The position numbers were made by a program, and so were the translations under genes. A stretch of DNA of 61,867 bases, counting the filler, from Sphacelaria rigidula (Eukaryota): the NCBI GenBank assembly GCA_964200075.2. It is 11 parts of 11 records of this genome, joined end to end, with 100 filler letters (N's around TTAATTAATTAA, not from the genome) between each part and the next. Parts side by side here need not be neighbours in the genome. Positions count along the whole stretch, not along the records: positions 1 to 5,534 come from CAXNAA020026559.1; positions 5,635 to 11,168 come from CAXNAA020026560.1; positions 11,269 to 16,802 come from CAXNAA020026561.1; 8 more parts are not named here. One strand, 5' to 3'. Under the pieces are notes generated by a model. That model was not told where the DNA came from, did not search any database, and saw only the letters and a program-made list of their open reading frames with translations. Numbering within the stretch: position 1 is the first letter of the stretch; every line of letters begins with the position of its first letter. Of this stretch, positions 1 through 11,720 are shown in pieces.

Positions 1-1965
1 CATATCAGTTGTTCTAGCGGCCGCAGGGGAGAGAACTTGGCCGTTGGATGATGACTCTTAGCCAAGGCGACTTTTGGAAAACGACTTTGGGGTAGGCGTT
101 ACTGTAGCGAGGCCGTACTGCTAGAGAGCTCGGTACTCAAGACGTGAACCCGAGGGCGTTCTGTTTGTCGATCAAGGAAAGTGTATCACGAGTGGTACGT
201 GTATCACGAGTGGTACGTGTTGCTGAGTGACACCAGAGATATACACTACTACTGTGACTTGACAGTATAATTCCAGCCATCATAAAAATGTTCTGACAGT
301 ACTCCCATCCATGGTGTCAACCAGTTGTAGATGATTTAAGGATGATAATAACTTTTCTTTAAAAAAATTAAACAAATAGCGAAAACCTGAAACTGTTTTT
401 TTATCTCATTTACAAAAAGAATAAATAATTTTGGAAAAGATAAATTATATAAGCAAATAATAAAATAAAAATAAAAGGTATAAAAAAAATTGAAAAAAAA
501 TTACATAAAATGGTCCAGGAGGAATTGCACAAAATAATTCGTACAAAACATAAAAAAGAGTAGCACCCCAATAAAAAAAGGGAAAGCTATGATCACCTGG
601 TGCCCGCTTGGGCAGTTCCCGCGTCCGAACAGCTGGCGAGAGGCAATCTCTAAAGGTCGGTATACTGCACAGCAACACAGATAGAAGCGACAAATAAATG
701 AGAATCTCATGAAAAGATGGTGTTGCTCTAGAAAGTAGCCAACAAGTCACAGTTCTGTTTTCTTTTTCCGTGCATAATCTGTTCCGGTTAAATTCGACCT
801 GTGTCTCTTAAACCGTCACAGACCTCACAGTCGACGTGGGAAAGGGAGTGCTGAACCCCTCTGTCGATGAAAAAATAAATAAGGGAAGCACCGCAGCAAG
901 AAGGTGGAGGACTAAAACAAATAAATAAATAAAAACTCCCGTGTTGGCCTTCCTCCTGTGTGACCCTCGCGCATGCGCCCATATATATATACCGAAAGGT
1001 GTAGACTGGCGTCCAGAACAGATGGGACGACAACACAGACACAAACACCGCAAATACAGGCGTTGCTCAGCCAAGGCTCGATGTACCCCTGCCACCTGCC
1101 GTGCAGCCATAGCATACACTGCTTGTTGTACACAAGCCTGGACGTGCTGCACACTACAGTACCTACTATCGTCATTATCCATCTGATCAGCGGGGTACCT
1201 ACCCATCCAAAATAGGGTACCCCCCCCCCACCCGTCGCCCAGAATGAGGTTTTCAGGAATTTGGGGCGGTGAATAGCGTATTCCAGTCTGTAAGGCCCCT
1301 TGTAGGACCCCGACATTTCCGTTATCGAAATCCAAATTATGTGGCGTGTAGTAGTTGTAGATAGCTATCAGAAAGTGAAGAAATGGAAGCATACTTCGAA
1401 GATTTGGTGTGGATACGAAGATTTTGACTCTCCGGGTTTTCATCCCCAAGGAATAATCAATTTCCAATTTGTAAAATCCCGTGTTTCTTTGTGCGGGGAT
1501 ACGTAGGCAGCATTTCAGCGCGTATCTGCTCAGCGAAGTTCATCCCATCTTGAGTGCGTATCTGTTCAGCAGCTCCTTCTTACATTCAGCACACACCGAA
1601 ATAATGCTGAAGCGAGCGGTCGCGAATGGAGGTGTACACCAACACAAAATGCAGCACGAAACCGCGCACCGGACCCCTAGCATTGGCGCTGACCCGGACA
1701 GTCTGCACACTAATTCCAGCATAGATCACGTGGACTCCTCCTTACGATAATCGCAGCGCGCTCGTGCGCCCTGAAGATCTTATATGTACGTATATATGTG
1801 TGTATGAAAACCTTGCTCAGCTGAACCCAGGAAACCATCTTCAACTTTCAAATAAAGAAAAACTTCGAACAATTCCATTTTGGTTGTACATATATATATA
1901 TTTACATATACCACTACATACAAAATCCCCTTGGAGAGTTAGTTCACCATAAGGTCCCCATGCTA

Positions 1966-2196
1966 CTACGGCAAGAGTAGCACATCTGCTCGCGGCCCCT
2001 GCACGTCGACGCCCCCCTTACACAGCTTGTACAGCTCAACGGGCGAAGCGGCGTCCGGTGCTGCCCGATACACCATTCGAGCTGCGAACCCAGTCGCTCG
2101 ACAAGCCTCGAGGAAGCTGCAAACTCCATCCGCGTCCCCTCGCCTTTCGACAGAGACAAGAACGGCGGTCTTCGAGTCACTGAGACGGTCCATCAC
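1966..2196 (-). CDS. Probable terminal exon, possibly of a class I (protein-lysine) methyltransferase-like protein
   Basis: CAG acceptor; GC-rich 76-aa peptide VMDRLSDSKTAVLVSVERRGDADGVCSFLEACRATGFAARMV...VELYKL plus stop. It resembles the C-terminal strands of METTL21-like enzymes; the 5' boundary is uncertain. Confidence 0.4.
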   Translation of the reverse strand: MMDRLSDSKTAVLVSVERRGDADGVCSFLEACRATGFAARMVYRAAPDAASPVELYKLCKGGVDVQGPRADVLLLP

Positions 2197-3229
2197 CTGT
2201 GCGGCCAGGGTCGCGATATTCTCGTTATTACTACTTGATAGAATCATTTTCGTTATCCAATGCATTATTAGGCTAAATATCTCGCTGCTCGATACTGAAA
2301 TCAAGTAAGCGTGTGATCTTTCTCGGAACAGTAATTTACGTCAAACGCACGGACTGAAGGGGAGAAAACAGTCATCGTTCTCGATCAAACTGCAAACGCA
2401 GGTCGAAAGCTATTCCGCGGCACATGGTCAAGTTGAACCAGTACCCATAGAATTTAAAAACCCAGTAGTCTGGACACTACCAATCCGACACATCGCACCC
2501 GTGCAAAGCAATTCAGTATTTCTTGTCAGCATCGCAAAGCACTGTACTGTCACCTAACCTGGAAACCCATCGCCCAACAACGGGACGTCCGACGCACGTG
2601 CGCTGCTAGAACGCAGTAGAACGCACTGCCATGTACGCTGGTGACCGGTGGGAAAAGCGTAGCGCGCTGCTGTCGAACGTTTTGTCACCTTACTGCCGGG
2701 TGGTTGTTCCCGCCTTGGGTTTGAAAGTGATTTGTATGTTGTGTGCTGAGCGCCGGACGTTCCCTCCAAAGGAGGTCGCTTTCCTTTTCAGATGATTTGA
2801 AGCACACTGTGTTGTACAGCCCCCAGGAACAGAGTTGAACTTCGATTTTCACACCGCTGATATATCTCTATCTCAGTGCTTCTAACCCCTTGACCGCAAG
2901 GGTTTGTGATCTGGGTCTCATATTCAATGTTCAAGTGACTGAGGATGGTGCCGATTCTACAGATGACAGATGACCCACCTGGGCGCTCAAAGGGTTGGAC
3001 ACAATGTACAGAATGGATATACGCCTCACAAATCGGTTTCAAAACCAAGTCAGACCAAAAAACCTTTACCAAGTGGTGAAATTCACTGCAGCAAACACTC
3101 ATTTTCCGTATATGTTGTGCTGGACATGCACCTTTACAAAAAGGTCACGAATTACGAAGAGACAAACGATGCTGTTCGTGTACCCAGCAGTGCAGTGAAC
3201 CCAAGGTGAGCGGCGTGGCGTTCGCTTAA

Positions 3230-3327
3230 CCTTTAGATCGCGAGATGAGTCTTTCTGGATCATGCATACTTTTTTTCACTTGAAATTGATGCCGATTCAA
3301 CAGAAGAATAACCTCGCGGTCTACGGG
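3230..3327. mobile_element. 98-bp TTAA-flanked (piggyBac-type) MITE
   Basis: TTAA|CCTTTAGATCGCGAG ... CTCGCGGTCTACGGG|TTAA. A related partial copy lies at about 18534-18612. Confidence 0.75.
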
Positions 3328-5428
3328 TTAAGCGGACAACATATCACCAAGGCTGCATTGTGCGGTTTTATTGAGTGAAGCTGTTCGCTGTGCGGTTCCT
3401 AGAGCCGTCGCGGTGTCAAGAAGTCTGAATCGGAGTTACGTTTGTGCGTGTCCTCATGCATCATGTATGATGTGTACCCAGTAACACAGAAGCAACACCA
3501 TGGCGACTAGCAAAGGTATAGGTTGTGGCGTGTACTACGGAAGAGATCACCATGGCGACCGTATTATGCCGTTCTGTTTGTTGCAATTGTGTGCGTTGGG
3601 TCGGGTTAATCATTTGTGAAGGTATAACGTCGTTCATTTATCTCATTCTGTCACGTCCGTAGACATATCCAGATCTGTCTCCGACTGCGGGACAATCACC
3701 CGTGTTCCCGGAAAGCGGTAGCTGGTACACAGACACTACCGTGCAGCTGGTTACGATGCAGACCTCATGGCTGGCTCGAACGGTGGTCAGTGCAAAAGTG
3801 CAATGCAGTACAGTACAGTACAGTACAGTATCGAGGTCGTGAATTTCGCGGCGGTGTCCTCGGCACTGTCTGTTTCACACCGTCGTGGCTCAGGGCTGCA
3901 AGGACACTTATTAAATGATAGTGGTACGTGCAGATGCATAGGGCATGACACACAGACGGCGATTAAGCATTACTTTTAGAGCGGGCGGCAAGAGTGACGA
4001 TCTCCAAATGAGTTATCCGATACTCGACGATACCAGCAGAAGAAGAGAGGAATGCGGTGGGGGGCACAGAGAAGATAATATTGTACTGTACTGCGCTGCG
4101 CTGTACTGATTGTACTGTGCTGTACGGTGCACTTCGGCTTTATCTATTCACAGGGAGAGCAGCCACCTCATGATGAGTCAGTTGTGTTTGTTATGGGAGA
4201 ACTCTTCACTTCACAAATGAATGCCCACCGCAGCCCAAGAACTGTTTTTGCAACTGGAGGCAGGAAGGGATGAAAGTGTCGGAGAGCTTCGTGTAGTCTG
4301 AGCCTTGGCGATACCCATAGACGAACGGAACGAACGCAACGGGTAGGAGATAGAAGACAACACTGCACTGTGATGTGAAGCATTCCACTGCTGTACTTTA
4401 CTCTGCGCTTTCGATCGGCTTTGTTTCGACCTATACAGAGGGGCATCTCCAGAGCGGGCCATCTGTGTTGCATTGTCACAGTTTTGACGTGAAAATGAAT
4501 GGTGTACAGACCGTACCGGCGGTGCAATGCAGCAGGGACGTGTGCGTGTCATGGGTGCAGATGACCTTTTGCGCTTCTTTTCCCAAGCGACCGGGAGGCC
4601 CATTCGCTTCTTCGCCGATCGAATGGGCGTACCATTCCCATCTCATTGGCTTGTGCGATTTTCCGTCAGGAAGATCTCGGACACAATTTGCATAAATTTC
4701 TTGATATTTTGGCCGCGATTAGCCTGTCTCACAGTACAGTACAACAGTATAACAGTGCAGTACCAAGGTAGGTGAAACATGTAGGGTGAAGTATATACAA
4801 GGTGGTGAATTAGAGTTGGGTCCAGGCGAATTTTGAGGTTTTCGATCGACAGGAGCAAGTGAAACTCGTGAAGCGGTACTTGGTCGCTTGTGAACAGCAC
4901 AGTCTGCGGTACTTCATAGCTTGTGAACAGTACAGTCTGTACTGTCTGCACTGTTAGCATGCAGGGTGTCTGGGTGTGTCCGTGGGTGTTTCGTACGGTA
5001 GGATGTGAACCAGAAGCAGGCAACGTGCAGTACAGACAGCGCGAGACTATCTGTTCTTGAAATACAATGAGACGTGAAGAGGACTCGGACAACGAGCAGT
5101 CATTCACCTTTTTCAAAACATCGCACAGTAGTACCACGTATATAGAAAATCAAGTGGTACGCTTTTCTGATGAGACCCGCAACACAGGGGAACACGAAAC
5201 ACGATAATCGAAGTTCGAACTCTTGAAGCCTGAAGCCTGTCGGCCTATCTGGTGACGAGTCAAGCCGCATGGAGCACTTGCGGGCAGCTGCTAGAGCCAC
5301 TGCAGGAGGCGCATAAAAAATGATCGCAACTTTTTGCGCGTTTCATGCATGTCAAGCCTTTTACAATCTTGAAAAATAAAAAGCTTACTTAAGCCAGGAG
5401 GTAGCGCGGATTTGTTTTGGACATATAG

Positions 5429-5475
<47 letters not shown>

Positions 5476-5534
5476 TGCTTCTCCTGCTTTGTTCTTTTGT
5501 TTTCTTTTTTCTTTTGTAATATAAAAATATAATA

Positions 5535-5634
5535 NNNNNNNNNNNNNNNNNNNNNNNNNNNNNNNNNNNNNNNNNNNNTTAATTAATTAANNNNNNNNNN
5601 NNNNNNNNNNNNNNNNNNNNNNNNNNNNNNNNNN
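5535..5634. other. Artificial contig-joining spacer (N44-TTAATTAATTAA-N44, stops in all six frames); first of 10
   Basis: Identical 100-nt spacers also at 11169-11268, 16803-16902, 22437-22536, 28070-28169, 33703-33802, 39336-39435, 44969-45068, 50602-50701 and 56235-56334. The intervening pieces are all 5533-5534 bp. Short N10 scaffold gaps at 18071-18080 and 26448-26457. Confidence 0.99.
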
Positions 5635-7444
5635 ATTGATTCGTACCGTACGAATCAATCCTTAGGCTTTGTTTTCAGCGTTGCAACCCAGGTACGCGTA
5701 GCCCAGGCACGTGGAATGGCGCAAAAGTTGTGTGGAGACCTGTTTGACCAGCGGTCGACTTTTTTTCTCTCTTTCGAGCAATCAGGCCTAAGAAATCGTG
5801 GATTTGATGATTCAAATCGGCGATGATTCGTCCGAACCGTGGAAGATAGATACCACGTGCAAAACCCACAATTTGTGTTACGAGCAGACCTTTTCACTTT
5901 AGAGTAGAAGGGCCCAGCCGATACCACTGCGGTTTCACCACCGAAATCCGAGACGGCAACGTCACGAACACCGAAATAAATTGAAATTGGAAGCGCCCTA
6001 GACACAGGGCAATCTATCATGAGTACACCCCCACCCCCCTTCCCCACGAGACGGTAATATTAACCGACTCGTTTCACTAGTCTAGCACACAAACGTTCTC
6101 CTGTCAAGGGAGGGCGGGTTGGTTTTTGATGTGTTCTCGTGTGTCTGTAAACTGCAGTGGTGCTATCCCATTTGCCTGCGAGGGCCGGATGTCGTAAAGA
6201 CCTGACTGCGGGAACATTGGTGCAGGAAATCCAAGAAAATTGAAAAAAAGTCGTCAACGGGCATGCACAGTAGACACGATTTGGCACTTTCATAGCCGAG
6301 AGGGTTTCCTTATCGACATCGTGCTCACTTGAATCGGAAGAATCGGAAGAATCGGAAGCGGGAAACGGCAGGACTGCTGTTGTAGCTGCTGCTGCTACTC
6401 TGCCGCGCATGCATGCTTTGTTTTATCACGAGGCGCTAAAATACAACGACCTCTATTTTTCGGATCGTTTTGGCATTGGATTCTGAACGGATTTGCGCGA
6501 CATGGTAGCTCTTCGACGGCGACCATGGATAGTCTGTGGAATCAACATCAGCTTTCCTTCAAAAATCAGTGCATGGCCAGATCACCTACTCTCTCGGTCG
6601 AGCTCTAAGGGAAAACGATGTGCACAGCTGATGAGAAGCTTCGGCGTTTCTTCGAAGTATTACCTGTGCCACTCCGCAACGCAGAAATTTTCCATCGGTT
6701 CGCGCGCAAATAATCGTCTCTCCTTTATCCCGTCTTTCCGTACTGTAGCCTAGGACTGTCTACTGCACGGCTAAACATGACGCGTTTTCCGTCTCCAGTC
6801 AGGGCTGTACTTTCTTTTCTGTTGAATTGACATCAATTTTACTTGAAAGATTGCCCTGTGCCCGGGGTGCTTCCAATTTTGATCTATTTCGGTGTTTGGG
6901 CGTTGCGGTCTTGGATTTCGGCGGTAAAATCGGGGTCTTGGCTGGGCCCTTGTTAGAAACTCTAAAATGAAGGTCTGCCGCACGCACCCGTGAGATGGTG
7001 ATGTGTCGTTGCACGGAAGCGTGAAGTTGTATTGAAGCATAAACCGTGTTCGTGTTATCACCGTCGCCCTACCTTCGCAAGGACCCGCAGCAAGCCGGCG
7101 CTGAGACGCGAGCCGTTTCCCGGCAAATGCCCGCTAGGTCGTCCCGCACCAGTCCCAGCCACTATCATGCTTGTTTTCAAGTACACGTACAGGGCTTGCT
7201 TCCCGGTATGCCATAGACCATCAGTTGTAGACTGCTGTTTCTCGGGCAGACAGGAGACAACATCAAGCATCAAGCAGCTGCACGCTGGGCCAAGGGGCCC
7301 CATATCGGGAAATGATGGCACCAGTATCCTCCAGGTCGCCCAAACCTCATTCTGGGGCCGTAGGAGGGGAGGGTGTACTCATGACCATGCATGTCATAGT
7401 CATCAGACCATTGACCTCGCATCCCTACAACGCCGGCACGGAGC

Positions 7445-7676
7445 ACGCCGGGTTTTTGCCGGACCAGGCTCGCACTCAAACCATCAAGCGCAAAGCGCCG
7501 TGGTGTGTTCGGCGAGTCGCGTGAAGGGTGAGCTGTATCCTGCTAAGATTGTTCGGCCCGAGGCCTACTGATCATCTTCTATTTGGATGACAGCCTACAA
7601 TGAGTTGCTTTATTGTCTGGCATTGCCACTTCTAGAGACAGCCACGGTTTCTACACTGCCACATGGTGTCTCACCG
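7445..7676 (+). repeat. Interspersed repeat family (SINE/LINE-3'-end-like)
   Basis: Homologous copies at about 22589-22712 (+) and 50391-50601 (-), sharing TTCGGCCCGAGGCCTACTGATCATCTT..ATTTGGATGACAGCCTA.AATGAGTTGC. Confidence 0.8.
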
Positions 7677-7723
7677 GTAGGAGGGGAGGGGAGGTGTACA
7701 CTCCTGGTAGATAGATAATGGAG

Positions 7724-8010
7724 GATAGCAGTTGCTGTGTGTGCGCGCATCGGTCGTAGAACACAGATGTATGTACCGTACATAAAATATGCTACTTGCT
7801 GCTGTGTTCGACACTGCGTACCAACCGCAGCGTGACGCCCCCGGGTACCCTATTTGAGGAGGGGGGGGGTACGCCCCTCATCGATGGATAGTGGCGATAG
7901 TAGTTGCTGTGTGTGTGCGCATCGGCCGTAGAACACAAATCTACGTAGGGTACATGAAATATGCTACTTGCTGCTGTGTTCGACACTGCGCACCAACCGC
8001 AGCGTGACGC
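7724..8010 (+). repeat. Direct repeat of about 115 bp
   Basis: 7724-7838 and 7896-8010 are nearly identical, each preceded by a G-run. Confidence 0.85.
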
Positions 8011-9003
8011 TTTCGGCAGTACTACCTGCTCACTGCACAGCAGCAGGGTGCAGGGTGACAAAGCACACCGCAGGAGGTCACATCCTTAGCCTATCCCCGT
8101 TCTGCACTGATTTTGCGCTGTCCTATGTAGTTCGCCACCTTTTGAACGCAGCCGCTTGTACCTGCGGCCAACGAGTACGCGAGATATCACCCCCCGCTAC
8201 GTGCTATATTGCTACGCCACATTTTGTAAAGCTGTCCGTGTTGCAGATACAGCGTGCGTTTGGCCCCGGTGGTGCACGCAGGAGTGAAGGGCCGCCTCCG
8301 CCGCTGTAATGGCTGCCTGTATGTTGGGCAAAGCTATATGGTAACACAGACGTGGCTGGTGCCCCCGCATACACCGAATGGTGGAGACGGGCGTCCACAA
8401 TAGATGGGACGACAACACACACAACACACTGTGTGCGGTACGCATTTAACATCGTGTTCGTGCTGACTGTAAAAATCTTTGTCTACGGTCTGGTACGTGT
8501 CCATATATGGTGCAGGGTCTGGTACATTTCCACGTGCAAATGTGTTTAATGTTACTCAGTGAAATCGTGAAAAAATCTGCAACATCTCGGCGAACTGCAG
8601 GTGAGGCAATCGCCGAAATATCACCTGCAAACTTTGCTCCAGTGCATTGTAAGTTGACATCGCTAGAAGGACACCACCACAACCACCTTGCCGGCTGCCA
8701 GACCGTCAGGGCGTAGGATTCGCTAGCATTAGCATTACCACTGTCTGTACGGGGATGTTGCCCCCTTGTCGGGTACGTGGGGAAGGGTCCCTGGCAGAAG
8801 GCAGTGGTCGCGTTAAGTAGCTACACGCTGGGCGTTGTCACTCAAGGCTTCGATTTGTAGAATGATACTAGGTAGGCAGCAGCAACTGCTGTGTGTCCAG
8901 GTGCCCCTTGGCGCAAGATCCGTTTGATTTCTGTTTGACAAAGTTTACCCCCAAGGATCGAAATCAGTAGGTGTTTAAAAGTGGGGCATATAGCAGAACC
9001 AAA

Positions 9004-9082
9004 AGTCGCAATAATCGAGTCGCAAGAATCGAGTCGCAAAAATTAAGTCTCAAACGTCAAGTCGCAACAATCGAGTCGCAAA
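9004..9082 (+). repeat. 14-bp tandem repeat (AGTCGCAANAATCG), about 6 units
   Basis: Directly visible; could be transposon subterminal repeats. Confidence 0.8.
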
Positions 9083-9695
9083 ACGGTGGGTCGAATTTTA
9101 AGCCGGAGCAGAAACCAAAGTCACTTGAAGAAATTGGAACAATCAGAAGACCCGAAATCAACCATGATGTTCCGTCTTTACTTGATTTCAAAGTACAAGT
9201 TTTCGCTGATACCTCTTCGCTTGCATTTCGCAGAGCATTAGGATGCGGTTTGTTTCTGCTTGGGCGTAGAGTACATTTGCTTTCTGCATTGTGTCCTGCA
9301 TGGCCTTAGGGCTGTGTTATACATGGCATTAGGACTGTAACGCCAGCCAGAAGAAGAACTAGTGGATCACTGCTCTTTGAGGGACTCCCCAGTCTGACTG
9401 GCCTCGGTTTCAGTTGTCAGCCCTCACAACACCTCGTTATCAGGAGTGCCCTTCCAGGCACCAACCTCCTGAACACGCAGGGTATCCGCCCGGTGTCCCC
9501 GGTCATTATCCAGAATCTTCCCAGAATGCTCCGGAATCCCCGTACCCCAAGTCATTATTCAGATCATCACTACCAACTCAACGAAGCGACGTATTTTCGT
9601 TACAGCACTCCCAAAGCGCGTTGGACGAAAATCGGCCAACAACCTTGACACATGAAAAACGCCAAATCGACGAGTAAGTCACAACTGAGACCAGA

Positions 9696-10930
9696 CTAAC
9701 TTGTAATGCGAGCAGCAACGGCACGAGTCACGCGCAATTTACGCAACTCCTTCGTGAGAAATTCCTGAGCGGCCTCAAAAATATCCTCGAAAGGTTCCCA
9801 CATACGCCCCTCAACTTCGAAACCAACCCTGGCGACCAACACGATCAACGAACAATCGTCTGCTTTTGCCACTCGGACAATACCAGCCATCTGAAATTGC
9901 CCCTGATTGAAAGCGTGCTGGAACACGCCCTTCACGTCAGCCGAAAACATTAAGCTGCGAGTCTGCATAAAAACGCAAACGAGCTACATGAGCGGTGTTA
10001 ACACGATCCAAAACAATATTCTGGATCTTAAACACGTGCGGGTGGTGAGCACCAACCACTCTCCATGGACCAGTCCACGTCGCAATCAACTCGGGCGTGA
10101 CGCCCGGACGACGCACGCGTGCATACAAGACATAGTCGCCTACCTCAAAATCCGACAGTTCCAGCGCCGACGAGGACCACTCTTGTCTACGCACACGTTC
10201 AACGGCAGCACGTTGCTGCACTTGAATGTGCAAATATTCTTGCAAGTCCAAGACTCCTTGCAATGCGCACTTAATTTGAACATAGTCCAAAACATCACAT
10301 TTCCATTCCCCCGCCGACGAAGACGCCAACACGGAGAAAGATATCCGAAGAGCACGACCAAACATCACGTGGTACGGCGTACTATCGTAACGACGACAGA
10401 CACGTTCTACGATAGCCCCCCCCCGAAACGTGCATAGTTTTGGGAGGCAAAATCTTCCCGTAAATCGAAATGGGAAAAGCCGAGCACAACGAGCAGTTGG
10501 GAATTCCCACGTTTGGGTTCGTTCCAGCCGATGTCGCCAATATGAGGCGCTTCATGCAGCCTGAACCCAAACATTAGGCGCTGTATGGCCGTTTGTTTCG
10601 TGATACTTTTGGGCTTCTTTTGGGGGGGGGGTATCGTAGAAAGTGTCGACAATACGCTGTATTGAGTGGCCATTGCACCGCAGGCAACACGTCCACCCAT
10701 TCGGAAACCGCTGTACGCTGCTCGAGAAGAATGGAACGAAGAGAACAAATTACATCCTTGACCATGTGTTCGCACGTACCGTTAGACCACGGAGAATACG
10801 CCACCGCAAACTGGTGATCGATGTGCAAAGCCTCTCGCAATCGGGCCAAGATCGCATCTTGAAGTGCGTGGCGGTATCACTCACCCACACACGCGGCACC
10901 TCCAAATTTTTGCACCTGTGTAGCAAAGAT
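9696..10930 (-). mobile_element. Ty3/Gypsy integrase + chromodomain-like fragment, interrupted by a MITE
   Basis: VPRVWVSDTATHFK, AYSPWSNGTCE, LPAVQWPLNTAY, [MITE], TPYHVMFGR, VGDYVL, WTGPWRV, HVARLRFY, then VGFEVEGRMWEP. Contains several frameshifts. Confidence 0.88.
10399..10647. mobile_element. MITE family A (TIR GACACTTTCTACGATAGCCCCC), 4-bp TSD GACA
   Basis: Both TIRs are present. Removing the element and one GACA restores the integrase frame (TAYCRRYDSTPYHVMFGR). Confidence 0.9.
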
Positions 10931-11268
10931 GCGATCTGGGTACACAGAATTCGACTTCACGGTCGACGAGAGAAAGGGACTGCTCGACCCCTCTCGCGAT
11001 AAAGAAATTAAGGCAAGCACCGCAGAAGGAAGGTGGGGTACTAGAAACAAATACAAAGAAAATGCTCCTGTGTTAATCTTCCTCCTGTGTGACCTATAGC
11101 CTCTGCCAGACGATCTGGACAAGAGGGCTATTCAGTGAGGGACTTCTCCAGAATCCACTGGCCTCACGNNNNNNNNNNNNNNNNNNNNNNNNNNNNNNNN
11201 NNNNNNNNNNNNTTAATTAATTAANNNNNNNNNNNNNNNNNNNNNNNNNNNNNNNNNNNNNNNNNNNN

Positions 11269-11720
11269 CTCGTACCAGTGTGCTTTTGCCTGCGCATGGC
11301 GAGTCAACGCGTGCCTGTGCGGCGCAATTCCCTACCGCAATTCTACCGCATTTCGTGAAACGAAACGTCATCAGAGACGCTATCACGCAACGACACGAGA
11401 CGTTTGCGGTACTCAATGCAGTACAATATCATTGTCAAAACTTCGCCAATCGACCAGCGGCGGTGCCGTGCATGACCAGATTGGTCTGAAGCTCACAGCG
11501 ATATGCTCGAGTCGAGCTTATATGGTAAACTTGACGAGTTATGATTGGAGATGCAAATGCGGGATGTACTATTGGCCCAGCTCGTACGTGATCTGTGGAT
11601 CACGAGAAACATATTGCAGGAGTGAGACGGGGTTTCAACCATGCCGCGAATCAAATACCGCGGCAAAAGTTGACCCACTCTACCAATACCGAGACGCCGA
11701 AGCGTACTTGACTTGGCTTC
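11269..11720 (+). pseudogene. Possible decayed MULE transposase (SWIM-finger region)
   Basis: RAYMVNLTSYDWRCKCGMYY and later VDPLY resemble the Y.V.L....C.C and V...Y blocks of Mutator SWIM regions. Confidence 0.3.

Noticed and set aside
808..1467. 219-aa minus-strand ORF
   Set aside because: It runs through a SINE copy and other repeat fragments; no domain is recognisable.
5167..5215. CTGATGAG...GAAAC hammerhead candidate
   Set aside because: Stem II does not close properly and no NUH site with a compatible stem I or III could be drawn.
5428..5475. Long poly-C tract as a functional G-quadruplex element
   Set aside because: It is a homopolymer near a contig end, so its length is unreliable; similar runs belong to MITE termini.
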